The notes under the pieces are model-generated. The model did not search any database, was not told the DNA's origin, and worked only from the letters and a program-made list of their open reading frames with translations. From Vicugna vicugna (taxonomy: Eukaryota): a stretch of DNA of 64,000 nt. This document shows positions 58,161-64,000 of this stretch, piece after piece (within the stretch, counting starts at the first letter, position 1; each line of letters begins with the position of its first letter). The stretch spans positions 753,303-817,302 of the forward strand of contig MU057640.1 in NCBI GenBank assembly GCA_013265495.1, given 5' to 3'. The translations under genes were made by a program, and so were the position numbers.

Positions 58161-61100
58161 TAAGTGACTCCACTTGCATTTGACCTCCGTGTATTTGACC
58201 TCCCGTGCCTACTGAAGGGCGAACTCCTCCACGTGTGACGCTAGTTTACTTGGCCCTTTGATACCCCTCAACGTGACCCCACCCTGCACCCTTATATGGG
58301 CTGCCAGGTGCTCCCAGGCTGCCAGGCCTGAACTGGATCCCTGAACTGGATCTGAGCTCTCCTGAAAAACATGCCTTCCTCCTCACGCTCACAGCACTGG
58401 CCCGAGGGCCATCTTTCCACAGCCAACTTTCAGACTTCTCCTTTCTCTACATTTGGTGTCTCTGAGCACGGAGACCCTAACAAGAAATTACTGTGTTATT
58501 TCACTCCTTTATTATAACAAGATACAATATAATAATAAGATATGATTCTCTTATACTATATGTTTATATTATATCAGATATAAAGCTGTATATTACAGAT
58601 GTGAATTTCTCATATCCGACTTAACCCCGGAAATGACTCGGTGAGGTCAGCAGGGAGCACTATTCACACTTTTCAGATGAGGAAAGTGGAGCCCCAGTGT
58701 GAGCCCCGAGGCATGTGTCAAGTTAAGCAGTGCAGTGGCCTCCAGGGGAGGAGGCAGGGTGCAGACAGTCAGGGATGTGTTGTCCACAGAGAATTTAAGG
58801 CCAAGAAAAAAGGTCAGTGATGAATACCCTCTCCCCTGGGTGCCCCACTGATGCTGGGAATAGAACCCTGCCGTGGGGGTCCGTCTTGTCCCTCTCTGCC
58901 TCGGCCCCTCAGAGGTCAGGGCAAGGTGATTTTAGACTTGTCAGGACGGGCAGCATCCCACACACTCAGCTCACAGTCAGGAGAAACTAAATCCTTTCTC
59001 AAGTGGATGCGGAGGGTCCGCTTGGGGTGGGATGGGGCCACCAAAGGCATCGCATTACAGCTGAGGATTCTCGATTTTGGCGGCACATTTTACTTCTCTA
59101 TTCTGAGTGCCAGACATTTCTGTGCAGCCTTTGATTTAGTTTAAAATACAAGTGATTATATTTTCCATAATTCTTACTACCAGATAAGCCTTACCCTATC
59201 CTCACTCTATTCCTGTCCCAGCCCATCCTGCCACACTCATCTCGGCACCGATCCTTCCTCTCAACGGCCGGATCATCCCTTTCTCCAATCCCATCCCTTC
59301 CACTCACCCCACACTTTCAAATCATGGAAATTATTCCAACCAATTCATGGGGCTCCCTGTTTGTTTGCTTGCTTTCCCCTTGTTTCACAGGGAAAAAAGA
59401 AATCCTCTTCAAATTTTAAGACAGAATACCAACACAATAAAATCTAACTGCACTCATTTTTTGGTACAAACAGTCTGTCGGTTTAAAGCAGAAGTTATAT
59501 GGGGATGAATTGGGGTCCTTGCTGGAAGGCCAGCGTTTCTTCCCTCCTCGAGTTTTCAATCGCTCCTGGCCACACAGGGGCGCTGTTGCCCTTGAAAACC
59601 ACCATGCTTCAGCCGGCTTCGTCTCCAGTTAGAAAGCACAGCCAGGATCTGGGATTGTGAAATTGATTTCTTATTTCTTTTAAATTAATAATCATCGGTG
59701 TTCTGAATAACTGCTTAATTTCCTACTTCCAGAGGTAAAGATCTGAAGTCTGTTTGATGTCGTTTATAGCATTTTCCAGAGGCAAATAATGAAGGCCCAG
59801 GGAAACCTTTGGTTATAGCTAATGTCACTTCTGAAGGTTTTCAGTGAGTTTAAAAGTGTTCGTGGACCTTCAGGTTATATGGATTAAATTAACATGTTAA
59901 TTGTGGCGGGCCAAAAGATAAAAAGGAAAAGAATGAGTGGGTAGGAAAGAAAAGGACAGTGGGAGGGGTGAGCAGAGTCAGCCGAGGCTGGCAGGGACCA
60001 CATTATGCCAGGTCTCATCAATTATGCAGTGATGATGACTGTAATTAAAGAAGCGTAATTAAGCCAGTGGTTACAGAATTTAGGAGACTGGGGCCGGGAG
60101 GGCCCACTTCTTCAAAGCATCTGTAGCAAACTTTGATTACTCAAATCCTCAGCTTCCTTTAGGATGTGTGTCTGCTTCTCCTTGTCTGTGATCCTGGGCA
60201 GTATCTGGCTAAGACTAACTCCAAAGACAGGCCATATATCTGGAAAGCATCGTGGAGAACATGTTATAAAGAAGTGAAGCTTTTCTGGCATCGTGAGACC
60301 CCTTGTTACCCACATGCTTGCACTGCATGAAGAGTACAAAGGAAATGTGGGGTGAGCTCTAGATTTGAGATTCAGCTCTGCCACTAACTGATTATCACTG
60401 CATTGTTCAAGGCATTTGGCCAAGTCTTGGGTTGGTCATCTGAAAACTGAGGGGTTTGGCTAAACTGACTTCTGAGTCTAATGCCCCTCGCCTTCCCAGC
60501 TGGCCCCCACTGGTGACAGCCTTCGTGGCCTTCCGGTCCATCTCTGTCTCACACCCACAGGCCTCCAAACTGAATCATTTACTGCACCCTGAACCAAACC
60601 TCCCTTTCCTATCTGTCCTCTTTTGCTCAACTTCCCCTGCCTGGAGGGTCCTTCCTTCCCTCCACTCCATTTCCAAGTTCTACTCCTAGTTCAAGTCCTA
60701 GTGCAAAGGCCACCTCATCTGAGAAGCCTTCCCTGATACTGTGGGCGCAAAGACTCCCCCTGTCCTTAATGATTTTCAGGACTTTATCTATCCTTCTTTT
60801 TTAGCACCTACCATTTTCTCTCTTGTGTTCTAATTATTTCCAGAGCCTTTTTGTACCAACTGGGTCTTTAGGGCCATGCTTTGCATTGGATTCTTCCATC
60901 CCACAGAGTCCAGCCCAGTGGCCAGCACACAGCAGGAACCCAGGACATGCGTGATTGAATCAAGAATCATATATGCACACACACATTATATTTTGTGTGG
61001 AGGATATGGACTCAACTTAAACACTCTGCTGTCCGGCTGACAGGACTCGGTCCTGGCGTCCTCCATGGTCTCCCTCCCCCAGCACAGGCGATCTTTGCGG

Positions 61101-63479
61101 TGTGGTTAGTGCCATGACTCTGGAGTCAGGCTGCCCAGGTTCATAGCCTGGCTCTGACACTTACAAGCTGTGTGACCTTGGGCAAGTTACAGAACTTCTC
61201 TGTGCCTCTCCATCGCCCCACCCCTGTGCTGAAGATGCTGACAGCAGTGACTTTCCATGGATGCTGTGGTGATAAGATCAGCTAGTGCTTGTAATGCACT
61301 TGAAAAAGTATCACCTGTAAAGCAAGCTGTCCATCAGTGCTACCTCGAATACTATTTTTATTATTACTAATTATAATACAAACATCCCCGGACTTCTCGC
61401 CAATTAGCAGTATCTTGCTTTCACGGTAAGAAAATGACAATCGCCTTGCATTTATCCCTGTGCCTACTCACCTGCCTGGCTGGCTTCACTGGCGTCCCCT
61501 GTGGCAGCCCAGGGAAATACCAGCCAAGAAGCCCATCCCTGGGTGAGCTCCAGCTTTGCATCTTCAGAGAGAACTTCTGTTTGGCAAAAGCCTTGAGTGC
61601 ATGGAAAACAGATTAACTCGCTCTCATTCCAGCCTGCCACTGGCCATTTGCTAAACTGCACAATTTGATAATGGCAGGTGCCCTGCCCCCCACTCCCAGG
61701 CCAGCCCAGGCACCAGCCTTGGCTCTTGTCTATATGGAATTGTGGCTGTCGTTCACCTGACCACAGGTGACATGCATCCTCTCAGCAGATGTGTGCTTTT
61801 ATCTGTTGGGATTCAAGGACAGAAGAAGACAGGGAAAGGGGTGGAGAGGTGAGAAAGGATGGCAACCTGGCAGAATAAATATATGCTTCAGGTCACCTTC
61901 TGCAAAGGGAGGTCTGGGACATTCTCTCTCGGGCTTAGAGCTGTGGGTGTGCCTCCCTATCCTTGGGCCAGCTCTGTCTGCAGCCTGGCTGTACTATTAT
62001 TACAGAACAAAACAAATCAAAACCCTTTCCCTATCTTTCTGACCCTGCTCTAATTCCCTCCTACCCTCTCCCAATTCCATCTCCTGGCAAAGAAGTTTCT
62101 TTTCAGTTTAGACACTGGCACTAAAAGAGCAGATGATGTCTGCCCCATGGACGACCCCCATACTGCCTGCATCTGGTAAAACGGTGGCATCGGCGGGATG
62201 TCTGGGCTGGGGGTGGGGCTGATGGAGGAAAGGAGGGAGGATGGGGAAGCAGGAGAGCCTAACCTGACCTCCTGCCTCCAAGCCCTTGGACCTCCCCAGG
62301 TACCCATAACCACCTCTACGTTAGCCTGAAAGCACAGCCTTACACCTGCTGATCAAAAGCCCAAGTCCAGAAGGATGTGCAGGTACGCAGTCCACTTGCT
62401 TGTCATTCCAGACGTGGAAACTGAGGCTCGAAGAGGTGAGAAATACTCATAGCACCGACAGAGCTCTGTCGACGTGCGCTGTTCCATGCGCTTTACACAG
62501 GTGAGCTCATGGGAGCCTCACAGCTGCTCTGTTAGGTACTACTGTGTGCACATTTTATGTCTGTTTTGTTGGTGAGAAAACTGCGGTACAGATTTGCTAA
62601 GTCGTTCATCCAAGATCACCCGGCCAGTGAGTGGCAGAGCTGGGACTCAAACCCGCACCAGCTCGGCAGTCCATTCTCCCCACCGAGTCATCCTACCTCC
62701 CCAGGAGTGATTTATTTGTAGTTGTACTATTAACATAGGGTGCCAGAGGGTCGAGAAGTCTCCAAATCCAGGCACACTACTGTCTGGGGAAGAAAAATAG
62801 TAAACCCAAGGTCTTCAGCCTTGCTTTTTGCCCCTTCCCAGCGAATGCCAAACTGCCTTTCCAGGCTCAGCTACTCTCTTCTTCCAAGTGCCCTGAACCC
62901 TGGTCAGGTGCCGGTTGAGGGAGGGAACAGATGTGAGCGAATAAATGAAGGAGATGAAGGGTCGGACCTTTCCAGGCCTACCGGCCGGCAGGTCCTCTTG
63001 TGGGCCGGGGATGTTTCATAGTGACATCATCAATATCTTGACAGATCTTTCCAGTTCTTTCAGAGCCTGGTGCCTGTCACCCAGCTCAGCTGGCAGGGGC
63101 ATTCCCGAAACCAGGACACTGGCTGTCGCAAGCCATTTCTCCCCTTTGCGCAGATGTCATAGTTGGTGCAATGCTGATCGGTCCCTGAAGGGTTAAGTTC
63201 TTTTGCCGGTGCTCACAGCAGTAGCCGAAGTGGTAAGTAAAAGAAATAAGATAAGGATGCTAGCCGCTAACATTTACTGAATGCTTACCATGCGCCAGGG
63301 CCTGTTCTAAGCATTTCACTTGCACCAGTTAACCTGTCTCATCCTTACAGTGATGGGGGTCTTCACACTGTCATTAGACCCCTGCTGTGGGCTGAGGCAC
63401 TGAGGAATTAAGACAGTCACACAGCTGACGTCAGAGGTTGGATTTGAACCCAGGAAGTCTGTGGTCAAAGCCCAACATT

Positions 63480-63897
63480 ACTTTTCCCTCAGTTTTTCTC
63501 TTCTATGTATTTTTTTCCATTTCTTAAAAATTGAAGTGTAGTCAGTTTACAATGTTGTGTCAATTTCTGGTGTGCAGCATGCTTCAGTCATACATATACA
63601 TACATGTATTCCTTTTCGTATTCTTTTTCATTACAGGCTACTACAAGATATTGAGTATAGTTCCCTGTGCTGTACTGGATACATTTGTTGTTTATCTATT
63701 TTATATATAGTAGTTAGTATCTATGGTATATTTATACAATGGAGCACTACTCAGCCATAAAAAAGTGAAATAATGCCATTTGCAGCAACATGGATGGACA
63801 TGGAGGTTCTCATTCTAAATGAAGAAAGGCAGAAAGAGAAAGAAAAATACCGTATTATATCATTTACATGTGGAATCTAAGAAAAAAAAAAGACACA
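63480..63897 (-). mobile_element. L1 insertion with 5' inversion, interrupting a MIR
   Basis: Minus-strand L1 3' end (~63520-63722) fused to a plus-strand, more upstream L1 segment (63723-63897). Confidence 0.8.
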
Positions 63898-64000
63898 GAA
63901 GCCCGAGCTCTTAACCACACCCTCTAGCTGTCTGGCGTGTTCAGAGAGGTTCCTGTTTCTTCCTGAACCTGGGTCTGGGGACCAGCGCCCCGTCGCAGGG

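Noticed and set aside
59567..59585. CTCF-like TGGCCACACAGGGGCGCTG
   Set aside because: Mismatches at the highly constrained central AG positions.

Overview
Mammalian genomic DNA, almost certainly camelid (it carries a Vic-1-like tRNA-derived SINE). The whole window lies inside RGS6 on the minus strand. Nine consecutive coding exons (about exons 4-12 in human numbering; 670 bp; DEP, DHEX and start of the GGL domain) lie between 29178 and 9385, all with canonical AG/GT splice sites and compatible phases. The region 29179-64000 is one long upstream intron. It contains a full-length, disabled ACO2 (mitochondrial aconitase) retrocopy at about 53483-56212, in the same orientation as RGS6. The retrocopy keeps the 5' iron-responsive element and sits in a three-level nest: old L1, then a younger L1 with an internal ~90 bp triplication, then ACO2. 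Other notable structures are a near-perfect 1566 bp head-to-tail duplication (40639-43770, possibly an assembly artefact), a 98 bp dispersed duplication inside RGS6 intron 4, a twin-primed (5'-inverted) L1, and a 78 bp N gap. The rest is ordinary LINE/SINE/LTR/DNA-transposon debris. Repeat family names are from memory and are approximate. I found no supportable evidence for a new multi-gene system; the best candidates for novelty are the structural and regulatory observations listed.
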